Assembly: GCA_051942245.1 (NCBI GenBank)
Contig: JAVECL010000110.1
Location: 1 to 51,244, forward strand
Length of the DNA: 51,244 nucleotides
Source: Trypethelium eluteriae
Lineage: Eukaryota
Reading direction: 5' to 3'
The notes below the pieces were generated by a model, which was given only the letters and a program-made list of their open reading frames with translations, did no database searches and had not been told where the DNA came from. Position numbers and translations under genes: made by a program. Position 1 is the first letter of the stretch. Each line of letters begins with the position of its first letter. Shown piece by piece: positions 36,309 through 49,336 of this stretch.

Positions 36309-38036
36309 TCACGCCTTGCTATCCGAATGATGACCCTGGACAGAGTACCGTGCCCCAGTACGCTGACTATCCTGAGTTTCGTCTGGCTGGAAGCTGACCT
36401 CATGCAATGTGATGGTGTGCCTGCAACGCTTGAGCGCCCTCCTAACGGCCTGCTCGAAGCTTGGCGGCCCACAGACTACATGAATCCAGTCAGTTGAAGT
36501 TTTGTCGGTGGTGGAGACGTTACTTACTAGAGACCGCCATATTGCCGGCCTCCGCAGCCCATTCCTTGTTCAGAAGCCAACTCAGTTCTAGGTCGTCCTG
36601 AATCCGAAAGAGTCTTGGGAGATTTTCACATCCTATGTCTTCCGTGGCGTTTCCAGGCGGTATATAGAGTATGATATTCAGGATAGAGCGATGATCTGTC
36701 TCTAATAATTTGCGGAACATTTGGTGCACCCACCTCTCTTGCTCTGCACTTGGTTCAGTCCTGGTGGCAGTTTGCACAGGCGATGGTGACGACATACCTT
36801 GACGCTCGAGCAGCCATACAAGCGTGATTCGCCGTATGCGCGAAGATTGATCTTCATGTGCTTGAAGCAAAGCACGAACCTCCAGTAGATAGGCCGCTAT
36901 ACCTATGCCACTTGCCAAAAGAAGCACCTTGTCGTAGCTCTTCAGCTTTGAATCACCTCCGTATGGCCCATCTATCACAGTCCGGACCTCGCCATTGCAG
37001 CGCAGCAGATCACCACTAAATCCTCGCCTGCACTGAACAAGTACATTCAGCTCATGCGATTGCGCCGCAAACGGATCGGGCGTCCACGCCACGAAGTAAG
37101 GATGCATCTGAAAATGGCCTAAGCCATATCGAGATGCATCGGGAACATTGAGGTAGATGTACTGGCCAGGCTTGACCCGCCAGGGCCGTTTTGGTCTGAC
37201 GCGCAGCTGCAAAGCCTGTGCCTCCGCGCCGGGCCCAGCATGAACATCCACCACGCTAACGGTGGCAGATTTCGAGCCCCAGTTGCGATAGAAGAGATAC
37301 CCGAGCCAGAGCAAGTATTGCAGTATCCAGACTGCTGATGCCGAAGCAAGGCATGCGAGATACAATCGCCGAGTGTTCTTAGAGTGTATCCAGAGCGCAC
37401 ACAAGAGACAAAGAGCAAACAGGAAATGCGTTTTGAGGAACAGCTCGTACACGTATCGACGTAGATAGAGAAGTGAGGTGAGAGCTAAGGAAGAGAACAC
37501 CGCAAGAAGCTGAAACTGATTGAGCGACGGTGTAAGCAAAGAAAAGAAGGACAACTCACGAGCGCACCCACAGTAGAGACTCGCATGCGATGTAAATATG
37601 TACTCAGGAGGGCATGTGTCATTCCCTGAATTATGCATACTCGACCGATCCAGCGGTGCGAGAGCCCAATCTGCTGCAGGGGTAGACCCAACACCCTGTC
37701 AAAAAGAAAGTTTGTCCTGCCTCCAAAGTATAGAGGCACAAGATTAATGGAGAATAAGGACGCTAGACGATCAGCCAGCTGAGCTTGGGTCGTTATCCCG
37801 ACGAACGAAGCGATCGCGTTGCCGATGATGAACGTGAGAGTGCATAGACCAGAAATAATGGATACATTAGAGCTACCATTCTGGCGTTTGGTGATTAGAG
37901 TGTAGATGAGCTGCTTTCGAACGAAGGCCATTGCGAGGCGGCCAGTGAATCCACCTAGTGTGCGGCTCAGCCGCCACAACGCTACAGCCGCGCCCGACGA
38001 TCCGACCGCGACCAGGTAGATGAGCACGTCCTCCAT
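36309..38036 (-). CDS. Ferric reductase / NADPH-oxidase-like transmembrane protein (FRE), four exons
   Basis: Heme-ligand His motifs (SHRWIGR..THA; KTHF..WIH), PGQY, HPY (FAD), DGPYG, ASGIGI and a last exon with ICGPPSF..FQP. Intron 37559-37510 and two further GT-AG introns join in frame; stop at 36311-36309. Confidence 0.88.
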
Positions 38037-38368
38037 TCTGTTGTAATTATCGGCCCGAGAAATCAGCCCCCGTGAGTGGCACAGTTCATATATCAATCAG
38101 CGGACGATTCACAGGAAACGGAATTCGGTTTGTACTAGTGTAGGTGGGGTTGGGTAGACGATTTACGGTAAACGGAAGCTCGTTGTTCATATGGTACCCT
38201 AGCTGGCAGATGATCCATCGCGCCGTCTGTACCTACCTATGCAATCCTCAGCACGCTTCACTCTCAGCCCTACTGTTGGCTAGAGCTATGATTGGCTTAG
38301 AGAGGTAGGGTTCTGGCTGTTGGATGACCATTAGCCCAGCCAATGGAAATAGTAATTAGCCCAAGTTC

Positions 38369-39576
38369 GTGGAGTCGTCACAACCGCCCCGCCGACGCGC
38401 GCGGCAAAGTTCTATAGCCGTGCGTAGGACTGATCCCCCACCATCCAAAACGACCACAATTTCTCCATTTTTCACATTGGATATTTACGGTCGTGCGATT
38501 GACGTTGGCGAGCATCCCCAACGTGTGGATCTGGATGGGCGTGAAACGAAGCAAATGGAATTGGATGGGCCCCAAACGACGCAAATGGACGCGAGGAACC
38601 GACGGAAATACACGGACAGGTCAAAATGTCTCTTCAGGAAAGCCAACGAGCTTTGCAGCCTGGTCAACGGAACTCATGTCGCTGTCCACATACAGCACCC
38701 TAGCGGCGCCTGGCAGGTCTATCGAAGTATTGAGGAACCTGGCTGGCCGCCACCGTTAGATACAATAGTATGGTCCTCCCCCCGCTTTGTTGTGACGTGT
38801 AACTCATTATCCCGTCTAAACAGGAGAATGTCGAATTGTTGGGCCCGAAAAAATTTATAACTGTGGCACAGGCCGAGTCCACTGGATTGACGGCTACCAA
38901 GTCCAATCGACAGATTCTCTCTCAGAATTCTTCGGCGGAACGGCCATCCCTCAGAAATGCGACAGCAGAAAAACCTAGTCAGAGCAGAGAAGGCTACGCA
39001 GGAGCTACGGCGACAACGATTCGAAACCCATCTATCACCCCCTCGTCGAGCTCAAGAGCTCTGCCCAGCCCCTTTGATCCTGAGAATCTCCACGACTGGA
39101 ATCAACTACCATTCAGCGACACGCCGTTCTTATCATCACCGCTTAGAAATAACCAAGAGACTTCCGTTAACAGTTCTGTTGACCAAGGAACAGTGAGCAG
39201 CATGCAGGTCCTCAATAATAGAGATGATCAACTGTTCACCTTCTTCCAGACGCCGGAAAGTTTTAACCCTGAATCGGATGACTCTCAAATAATATCAACG
39301 TGTGAGAATAATTTATCTCCGGGCAAACGTCAGAGTCCAGTGGTGGGAGATGTATCGCGTCTGCAGCCATCTCAATCTACGTCTGGTGCAGCTCGGAAAT
39401 ATAAAGACCCTCCAACTTTTGTGAGGCGTCGGACGAAATACTCTGGAAGGAGCCAGCTTACATCAATATCTCGACCCGCTTTTATGTGGAAACCACCACC
39501 ACGACTCCCATGGCACTCTCACGGGGAGGATAAAAGGGAATACGATGTCAGGTCACGCTATAGTACCCGACGATAG
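38369..39576 (+). CDS. MADS-box (SRF-TF)-like protein with long disordered C-terminus; start uncertain (first ATG 38555)
   Basis: NRRKYTDRSKCLFRKANELCSLVNGTHVAVHI aligns by eye to the MADS core (R..L.KKA.EL..L....VA). Intron 38768-38823 joins in frame to the 38836-39576 ORF. Confidence 0.65.
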
Positions 39577-39747
39577 TATACTAAATGATACTTTGAGGAT
39601 GTAATAGAGCCAAATCAACCGTTTTGCAGACAGTGGCAGACTTTTTTTTTCCGGGTGTGATTCATTAATGGAGAGGGGACTGGTATAAAGGCGCTGGGAT
39701 GGGGGCTACAACTTAGTCAAGTAGTAACAAGTGCGTATTTTTACAAA

Positions 39748-42700
39748 CTATGATTCCTCGTATGTCTCGCTAGCGACATTGTTTCCGTCCATGACGATAG
39801 AAGCTTCACTCCCAGTCTCTAAATGTCCCTCTCTCTGTGCTGTGGCGGTGATCGGAGCTCGACTACCAGCTAACAACCGCTCTGGTTGTGGGAAGATCCT
39901 TCTAATGACCTCTATTGCGTTAGAACTCTCCTCGCCCTGAACTTTGTTAGGCACCTGCTCGTTTCGAGCCTGGAACTGCTCCGCTGTAGTCTCATGACTG
40001 GACGGACTTGGCAGAAGCAAAAGATGGCGACCCGCCTTTGGACGGACTTTAGAGTTACCATTCCAGCGAATGCGCCTTCGAGAATTCTGACTCCTGGACG
40101 AGTGCTGTTCCCCGGCAGCTTCTGTCCAATGAATTCGGGTGCGACGTTCCTCGTATAACGTATCTTGGTCGCCATTCCATGGGCGCTTCCGTCCCAGATG
40201 GAGCCGGTTGAATGCCAATATTTCCCGGAACTCATCCCGAGGACATAGGCTGATCGTCTTGCCATCATACTGAGAAGCCAGGACTTCTCGAGTTTTATGC
40301 GCGTCCACCATAGGCAATTGACGGTTCGTCTCCGATTCAAAGGGGATGAAGTCTAGGTTGCTGGCATCAGCACCTTGGTAGAATCGGCGGAAGTCTTCTG
40401 CAAAAGTACTGACGTTCACCTGGGCGCGATATACATAAGGCTGCCCATCAAGGATGCGGAGGGCTTCAAGCGTAACAGATCCTTTTGTAACGGTCGTTCG
40501 TGATCTGTTGAATGAGGGTGGTCTCCACGGCTCAAGGCCACCACGTTCTATTAGCTGGGGTTCGCCAAACCGAAGAAAGTCAAGCAGCGGGCCGTAATTG
40601 CCCGGGGAAGCATCGATCGCCACCTCCTCATCTTCATCGTCGTCCTCGTACAAAAGTTTCTCGCTTTGGGTCTGATAGACAGCTGAGCCTGGTTCGTCAA
40701 GTAGGTGGAGGAGACGGCCGTTTTTCTTGCGGAGCTCAACATTCTCCGTTTCTAGCTGTGCATTTTCCAACTCCATTGCTGCCCGATTCTTGTGGTGTTG
40801 GTCTTCAGTGTCTTGGACTCTCGCCAGCTCACTCTGATAAAGACCTCTTGATTGGTTGAGTTCCTGGCGGAGTTTATCATAATCACTGATGAGGTGAGAA
40901 TTTTGCTCTTGCAGCAGCTTCAAGTAGGCCAAGGGATCCTCACCCTCAGGGATAACCTTAGAGTAGTCATCGAGTTTGGCCTGAAGCTTTCGGTTAAGCT
41001 CGTCTTGTGACGCGATCTTTTGCTCGACTCGCCGGCAACGCTCTTCATTGTTTTGAGTGAGCTGGGTGAGGTTTTGTTCGAGGCTTATTTTACTCTGTTG
41101 GAGGTTTCTGACTGTTTCTTCTAGATGCAGCTGAGTGATATCCCTTGAGGCGTTGTCTATGAGATCGTTCTGCAACGCTTCTCTTTCGTGCCCGCATCTA
41201 GCAATCTCCTTTTCCAGGGAGCCAACCGTGAACTCTCTCTGTCGCAGGTCTCGTTTGAACATAGCCAACTCCTCTTGGAGCGCATCAATCGTTGCCTGTC
41301 TGCGCAGTAGATCTTGTTTGGTAGCTTTCAACTCCTCACGACATGTGTTGAGCTCAAGGACTGTGGTGCTGTACTCGCTCAGACGAGTGTCCAGTGATGC
41401 ACTCGTCGAAGCTTCCCGTATCTCTGCATCCTTAAGGTCCTTTTGCAGGGTCAATACGGTAGCATCCAACGAAGTGACATGGTCCCGCATCCTTGCCAAT
41501 TCTGCCAGCTCAAGCTTCTGGCGTTCCGCAGTCCCTCGCTGGGTAGTAAGCTCCTCACGCGTCTCTCTCAGTTCCGTCTCCAACTCTACGAGCCGGTTTG
41601 CGCGGGGGCACGCAGCATCCGTACAGGGCTGGTCTGCCATCATCACGTCGGAGTCGCCGGTGACAGGACTAGGAGAGCTGTCGATGTGGAAGTCATGTGT
41701 GAGTTCCTGTCTGCGGTAAGCTGGTGACGACAGTATGTACAGCGGTTGCTCACTTTTCGAGGGAAGCCAACAAAATGCACGATAAAGTCTCTCTTAACAA
41801 AGAGGGAGGTGATGTCACTACCTCGCGAGCTCGGAAGGTTATGGTAGAGAAATGGGAGGAAAAGCGAGGATCGGTCGTTTAGATAATCGTCCTCAAAAGG
41901 TCGTCCCTGCCGCCGATCTATAGGCAACAAGCCGCTTTCGCTCTCGTCGGTAGTAAAGCGAGGTGGAGTGACAGAGCCTCGATGTGTCCCTAGACGGCGG
42001 ACAACGGTCGCGACAGTTTGAATGTCGGTGGCTTGCAGCTTCTCAGGGCCGGCTTTGGCGGATTCTAGAAAACGAGCTGCGAGAAGTGTGCACGGGTCTT
42101 GACCTTGAAGTCTAAGAGCTTCAGGCGTTCGGAACCCCAGGCGTACAGTCAAATCGCCAAAATGTTGCCAGCACACGTCGTTCGTTGCCCGCGGGCACGG
42201 CCGAGCCTTTTTCGCCTCCTTGCGGGGAAGGACCGTAGACATATCTGGGAAGTGGCGTAGGCAAAAGAGCCAAAGCTGTTGATACGCCATCCAACGCTCT
42301 TCCTCTATTGTGCTTCTTGAATGAGTCTTAAGATCATATTCCGCGTATTCAACTAGAGCAGACTCTGGGCGATAGTAATGTGCCCATAACTCCCGTCGGA
42401 GAGTGCGCGGACGCTCCATGGGAAGGAGGCGTTTAAGGATCTGACAACAAGGCTCCAGGTATTTGAGATTCTCAAAGAAAGTTTTGAGGCTTGGAATTAG
42501 GCAGAAAATGCTTTCCACGTTGTTCAGCAGGATGTGCCGTTTGGTATCATCGGTCACTTGTGGAAAGACCTGCTGCGATTGGAACGAGCCACGTATATCG
42601 TCAAGATCTGCCTGCGAGACGGCCGGGACACGTAGTTCTAGGTTTTCGACAGTGGCATCATCGACGACAGCCGCTGACAAGCCCGTGTCCTGCAAGATGA

Positions 42701-43528
42701 GAGACCACGTATCACCGATATGATGTAGGTTGGTCAGTAGTTCCTGGGTGGGTTAGCTAGCGCGTCAAAGCTGGGATTGACGCACCTCGTCGCATTTTAA
42801 GGTCAAGAGCCGGTGGAGGGTGCCCAACCTCACCGGTGTCCATAACCCAGGGAAGCTTGAAAGGCGACGAAAGGCTTTGACAAATGGTTTGTCCTTTAGC
42901 AACTGCTTGAGATCCCTTCTCTTGGCATTGGTAAGCCTTGCCCACCACTTACGCTCTGACAGGTCATCTTGCTGGTGTCGGTAGTGAAGAATTTTCCGGA
43001 ATATATGACCATCGGCATAGGCCTGCTCGTTGCCATACTTCTCAACTACATCTGACGCGATGCCATGTTCGTGCTCTATTCCCTTATCAGCCGCCCAGCC
43101 CGGGTGTCACAATTTGGGCCAAAACCTTCAGTGTAAAGACGAACGATCCACCATTGATCATTGGGATCCAGATGAATTTTCCCTGCTTGAATACGGTGAA
43201 GGCCATGGAGACATTCGAGTCGGGTTGGTGATAGGAATGGAATCTCGCCATCTGTGGGCCACTCTAACTGACGCTGACTGGATATACCTGCCTTCGTTAA
43301 GGACTCTTCCAATATGTTGGGCTCAACTAATGCGCTGATAAAATTCTCCTCTTCAAGCCGCCGACAGCCTTCCAAGTCGAAGATTCTGACGAGGCGCCGC
43401 ACATTCTTCTCGCAGAGTGTACGGTGCCCTTTCGCGTTCTCAAAGGTAAGCGAAGAAAGGTCGATCCGTGCGATTCCCTGGAAACACCTGTGTTTGAGTT
43501 TAGAAAGCTTGTCGCAGTCGGAGACCAT
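39748..43528 (-). CDS. DUF3723 protein probably fused to a long C-terminal coiled coil (~1213 aa)
   Basis: Exons 43528-43126, 43075-42786, 42743-41754 and 41706-39748 join in frame. Family motifs: NVRRLVRIF..EGCRRL, CLHGLHRIQA, WWIVRLY, YADGHIFRKI, WWARL, FPGLW, TVENLELRVP, LIPSLKTFFENLKYLEPC, QLWLFCLRHF, LGFRT, RRQGRP. The last exon is a heptad-rich E/L/Q coiled coil. Confidence 0.85.
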
Positions 43529-43781
43529 GACGTAGATAGCATACCGATAGCCAGATGTGTTCGCGACTTGTCAGTCTTGATTTGGAAGAGAACATCGGAG
43601 GCTCGTCAGGCAAGACTTCCGGCTACGAAAACCCGTTTTCGTAAATCCGTACGTGGGAGCGGTCGGGGACCGAAAGTGACTAATCGGCGTTTCGTCCGGT
43701 ACACCTACCTTACCTTACCTATATCCACAGTCCTCCCCACTGCCAGTATTGGGGTACCACTCCTTTAGCGAAAGTCTCAAC

Positions 43782-46700
43782 ATGTCTCCTATGAAATTAC
43801 CATGGTTAAGTTTTCAGTCCAAGGCTGATGCTTATATTCTTCAGGAGCAGACCGAAGCTTTTTCTTCGCTCAACCTCAATCACCATCAACGTCCAATCTT
43901 TGTAACTATATGCGGTAAAAAGAACAAAAGATCAGTAGTCAAATCACCGACTCTGAGCTCCAATGCGGCGCTGAAGCAGTCGATACACTTTATCAGCTTC
44001 TTTCAAGACGATCAGTCAGGAGAGAATGAATATCCTCTCGTGCTATTCGACTGCGATATCGATAGCTCGAATGGTATCATCAAGTCTGACCTTGGAGCAA
44101 CCACCCATATGCGGGATTTCTCATTTCCTAATCCTGACGGCCGGCGGCTTATGAGTGTCGACTTGAAGAAGAAGCTCTGCACTAAAGTCCTCACCCCCTT
44201 CTCACATGTGGTCTGTTATTTCGCTAATGATCTCGGGGGAGTCCGCGGTGTTGCATACCTAATGGCAGAATACGCCAATACCGCTCAACCAAGTGACCTA
44301 CCTTCCTCCGCTCTACCACATGTGTTAGTTGTCTTTAAAGCTACTTCACGATCTCTGGATCCTGGTCTTGCAGAGGCGAACCTTCTTGAACGGATCAAGA
44401 ATGCTATGTTGAGCCGAAAGTGCTCCGACGGATCAGAACGGAACCTCACGGAGGCTGACATTGATGCGAGCTTCCGTAGTATATCTGTGCTTGAGTTACA
44501 AGGACACAGAGACCAGTTGAGTGGTTCCAGGGCGTTTCAGAGACGACTCAACTCTCTAGTCGAGGATGCTCACAGTGCTCGACGATCCAGTAAGACGATC
44601 TTCTCTATTCCGCATTTTCGGGCACTTTCTCAACTAGCTCTCGACCATTTCTGTCATCAAGAATCCTCACCTTTCTCATTTTTGTCTGCCACTCGTCCGT
44701 GCGATCTATCGCACACTGACTTTCAGGAGCATCTTTGCGAATTTCTTGATGCCATACCCTGTGAGGCTTGGCTATGGCACCTCATTTGTCCGATCGTGGC
44801 TTCAGCATTGCTTTTAGCTACGTATCCGCCAGGCAGCCACCGTGAGTTCTCCTCGGATCGCTTGACATTCGCTCACTCCTACTCTAGTTTTTGACCCTAG
44901 TCACATTTTTGGCAGACTCTATCGGACCGCATGTAACAAAGCCATCGCGCGATATAGTCCGCACCTCAATATCCATCGTAAGTTTATTTCTTCTGTCGAG
45001 TCGAAGTTCAAGATCGCGTTCAGCCGCCTAGAGACGGCCCCGGGCTCTGCCGCGGAAATACACTTCGCCAATCTGAAGCTCCATCGCGCTCAGATGTGCG
45101 GTTTCAAGAGCAAGCGATCATGTTTCTGCTGTTTAATGAGATTCGCAGATAAAGTTCTCGAATGCGGGCACTCGCTCTGCGATACGTGCATCCAAATCTA
45201 TGGGTCTCGTTCGGAGCGAGAAAAGCACACATTCTCCGTTTGTGAGTGCTTTCTTTGTGGAAAAGTGCAGGATCCGTGGACGTTTCAGTTTGTGCCACCA
45301 ACTGCTGGGGCTCGTATCCTGAGCTTAGACGGTGGTGGTATTCGCGGTGTGGTTCCCCTTGTATATTTAAGGAAGATCGAGGAGCACATTTCCGGCTTCG
45401 GTGCGCCGATCCAGGACTACTTCGATTTAGTATGTGGTACTTCTGCCGGTAAGTATTCTTGTTACCGTCGTTGCCTCTCGCTAACGACCGACCAGGTGGG
45501 CTCATTATTATGGGCTTGTTCCTTATGCAGTGGAGCTCAGAGCAATGTCTACAGCAATTCGAAGAGCTGGCGGCGCAGACGTTCAAGCGCCGTCGTTACA
45601 ACTCGGGCATCTTCACTCGGATGCAGGAGCTCGTCCTTTCTTACCTCAACGATTGTCGGTACAGCTCCGAAGCTATCGAAAAGGCCTTTTACGCGTCGTT
45701 CGGAACTTCTCCCACCATGTTCAACCCATTGCGTCGGGACACGAAGGTTGCTGTCACAACGACAACTGCCCGCGATGTTGTTCCCTGCATCTTTTCGAAC
45801 TATAATGGCACTGAACGCCCAAAACAGATTGGTAAGCTCGACCTTGTGTAGCGAGCGGCGCTGATATCTAGATGCTGCAGGCTATAAGCTTTTGCGCGCA
45901 AATCAATATCAACATGACGTCCTCATCAGTGAAGCGTGGGTCGATCGCAGCATTTGAGGGTTTCGCGCTGACACATCTTATCAGAGCTTCGAGCACTTCC
46001 GCTGCCCCATGGTGAGAACCTCCACCTCCAGGTGTCACAACGGTGCATTGACTGACTAGATAGTATAGGTTCTTTAAGCCTAAGGTCATTAATAATTTAG
46101 GCACATTCCAGGATGGCGGTCTACGGTATAATAACCCGCTAAATGTGGCCCTCCTCGAACATGGATTTCTCTGGCCCGGGAAGGGGGAGCCGGATTTTGC
46201 GCTCTCTCTCGGTACAGGGACGAGCGAGGCAAAGGGAGACGCCTTTGCTTCAGGACCTCAATCACCCGTTCGGGACAGATTTCTTCCTCGGCTTTACAAG
46301 ACTTTTATGCTGAACCTTGACGGAGAAAAGGCATGGCATGAGCTGGTCAATAACCTACCGCCTGAGAGAACGATGCGTTACCATCGACTGAACTTAACGC
46401 TCAAAGGTCCCGAGCCGGCTATTGATGATGTAGCCGCTATGAGTTTGTTGAAAGGCTACGCAGAGGAGAAAATAGCTATGGATGCTCAGATCACGTCCTT
46501 ATTGGACTCGATGCACGCTTCTATGTTTTTTTTTGAGCTCGACGACGTTCCTAGCTTTATTGACGATGCTCATCAATGCTCTGGCCATATTTTCTGTCGG
46601 ATAGAACTTCCGCCGCCTGGTAAGGCTGCGCTTCTTCTCCGGCTTACCGAGTCTTCAACGTATTTCCTCGTTAATGGCGTACCGTTGGCCTCTGTTGGGC

Positions 46701-46981
46701 CGGAAACGAAAAAGAAGGCCCTGTCATTTCGCCGTCGTGTCCGCTTTCAGGTCCCGTGTCTCGATGATAGCGTTGGCATTTCAATTCGGGGTCTTACAAC
46801 CCGTCCTCGATCTATCAGTGGGATGCCGAAGACTTTAAAACAACTGATTCAATTACAGCGCTTGAAAGCACCGTTCGGCCGTGCTACGCATGACTCTATA
46901 GAGAAATCTTTACCGCGAATACCAATGAAGCGGAAAGCAGCGTGGAGTGAATACTACGCGCGCAAGCAGGTAAAGGTGTAA
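43782..46981 (+). CDS. Patatin-like phospholipase (PLP) with RING-like Cys region, six exons
   Basis: CFCCL..CGHSLCDTC..CFLC, LSLDGGGIRG, GTSAG (GxSxG across an intron), STSAAPWFF, FQDGGLRYNNP, SLGTG and RYHRLN. Five canonical introns join the ORF fragments in frame. Confidence 0.9.
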
Positions 46982-47608
46982 ATATTCATCAGATGTATTC
47001 TTATTCTGGATTAGTGTGTTAGCAATTCATTATTCCCTGCGAAGATCTAGGGTGAGATCAAGTAGTCACTTGCACCTTCCCGTCCTGCCCTCCTCAACAA
47101 CCGTCCGTACCTAGCATCGTATTCCTTGGCGGCGTGACCACGGCTCAACTCAGCTCCCGCTCCTGCCTTCCCGCTCCCGGACTCGAGTCCTTGCATATCA
47201 GCCTGCTGTAGCCTACACTAGTGACGCGCCTCTGCGGCGCTGCAGTCTCGGACCTTGGCGGCTCTGGGGGCGGAGGGGGACTATCCTCGAGTATCGTAAA
47301 AGCTGGTAGGCCTCCCTGACCCCAATACTGAACGTGACTAGGGATCAATGGACTATAAGTACTGTTGCTCCCATCCCATTCTCCTTCCCAGCTTCTTCGT
47401 TTCCTTTCTTTCTACTTTCTTGTACTGGCCTAGACACCTCCCTCAATATGGCAGATGATACCATCAACGTCGCCAACGAAGCTTCCCTTTCCCGCGACCC
47501 CCTGATCTGCGAAATACTTCCGCCGCAGCAGGGTCCCAGACTGAGACGACTAAGCCAGTACCTTCTCATTCGACCAATATAAATTCTAATAAATAAACAG
47601 GTGTCAAT

Positions 47609-48250
47609 ATGAAGCCTCACGTCTGCGCTCACTGTGAGGTGAATCTTCAGAATAGCGAGACGGTGTACTTCCTTCCGAAATGCAGATGTGTATGCAAGTC
47701 CATAATTGAGAGTGTTCTACTCTGATATGCTAACGTTGGTAGCTATACTGTCGAAACTGTCTCATCCGGCTACTCATAGATCGACTTAATGAAAATGACG
47801 ATGAGAACTCCCAGGCTGCCGCTGAACTATTCGAGGAGTATATCGAGGAGGAGTCTCGAAAGGGGCAGCCGGTGAAACCTTCACCCCTCTTGTTCAAAAT
47901 GTTTTTGTGTCAAGTGGAAGATCACTCTGATCTTGAAGGTGCAGTGGAGTGCTACGGGACTACATGTCCGCTATGTTCTAAAGAAGGAGAAGTGATCCAT
48001 GCGGAAGTATATCTACCCTGTGGTAAGTTGTGACTAAGGTTCATGTCAACGTTATACTGAGTCAACAGGACATCCTTTCTGTATAGATCATTATGGCAAA
48101 TACGCGAGGGCAGTAAAAGCCACGGGTTGTCCAATTTGTGAGACGATATTGCCTAAATGGAGTTCAGGTTGGCAGAAAGATGGAAGTTACACCATTCGGT
48201 GGCCGCGCGTCTTGAGAAATCCGTATTTAGTTAGACATCAGTTCTGCTGA
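47609..48250 (+). CDS. RING-finger-like Zn-binding protein (two Cys/His clusters); may have an additional 5' exon from 47448
   Basis: Not in the ORF track. Exons 47609-47689, 47743-48022 and 48069-48250 give CAHC..CRCLYCRNC..CQVEDH and CPLC..LPCGHPFCIDH..CPIC. Confidence 0.75.
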
Positions 48251-49305
48251 TAATTTCACAATACTATTTCTCGCTCTATGTGGGAGTATTTCATGTCTTT
48301 GAAGATCTTGATTATAGCTACGTATTCTCTTTAGCTCGGAAGATACCCCACAGCAAAGCTATCAATACTAGAGGAAGTGAGATTTAAGACAGTTTGGAAA
48401 TTCTACGCTGGCTTTATAATGGAAATGATTAGGGTATTAAAAATCCGAGATGAGGTAAAAATGTGTTCAGTATGAATGATGTACAAGCTAGACATTCAAT
48501 TTTTTATTCGAAATTGATCAGCTTTTTGGGGTTGCCTTGACAAAGGACATCCACGCTTAGTTGAGGGATTCCGACTTCTGCGTTAATTCCACACCGATCG
48601 TCAAGACTAATAAGCATACAGGATGATGCATTCTGCGAGGCGCACTGCCTAGAACTTGATAAGAATTTGGTCTCAAATCATATGCAAATATAGACTGACC
48701 ACTGGATAGCCGCAATGCCAGATGGTACGTCTGCTGGTATCTTTACCCGAGCTACCTGTTCGCCGGAACAGTTATGAGGTATCGCGAGAGCTGATGTAGG
48801 AAGAAAGCTGGAGTTCTCAAAGCTCATTGTTGCCTCACACGTGCTATTATTAGGGTTGAATAGCCTATTTAAGAGTGAAAATTATTAGCAACTATATTGA
48901 AGGGGATTGGAAGAGACCTACTGGAACATTATCTCATCTCCAGATCGTACACTAGGAATTGGTTGGATAAGACATGGCAAAGAATTATCAAAAGGGGCGT
49001 TATATTCCATTCCGATCACGGATATCACCAAAAAGGAAAGCGCTAATTGCTTTAGTTTTGTCATCACCTCAGTTGACTGGATATTCATCTATACAGTCTT
49101 GTGGACCAGTGGTGATCGCATCCTTTTGTATTCAGAATAGACCGGCCACGGAAAACGGTTTTCGGTAAATCTACAGTGTTGACGCTTGTTGAACCGCATC
49201 CCGTTTCCCGTCCTCTGACATTCTTACTAATCAAGGCTGATATTAGGCTATCAATTTCTATATGACACCAGCAAGATAGATACGCTTATTGAGTCAAACC
49301 TTCCC

Positions 49306-49336
49306 TTTTTTTTAAAAAAAAAAAAAAAAAAAAAAA
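49306..49336. repeat. T8-A23 homopolymer tract
   Basis: Direct reading. Confidence 0.9.

Larger units (their letters stand above)
35331..48250. mobile_element. Starship-type accessory gene cluster (FRE, DUF3723, PLP plus chromodomain, MADS-like and RING genes); element boundaries not visible
   Basis: DUF3723, ferric reductase, patatin-like phospholipase and NLR genes are the recurrent accessory genes of Starship elements, and all four types occur in this window. The captain and termini are not seen. Confidence 0.65.
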
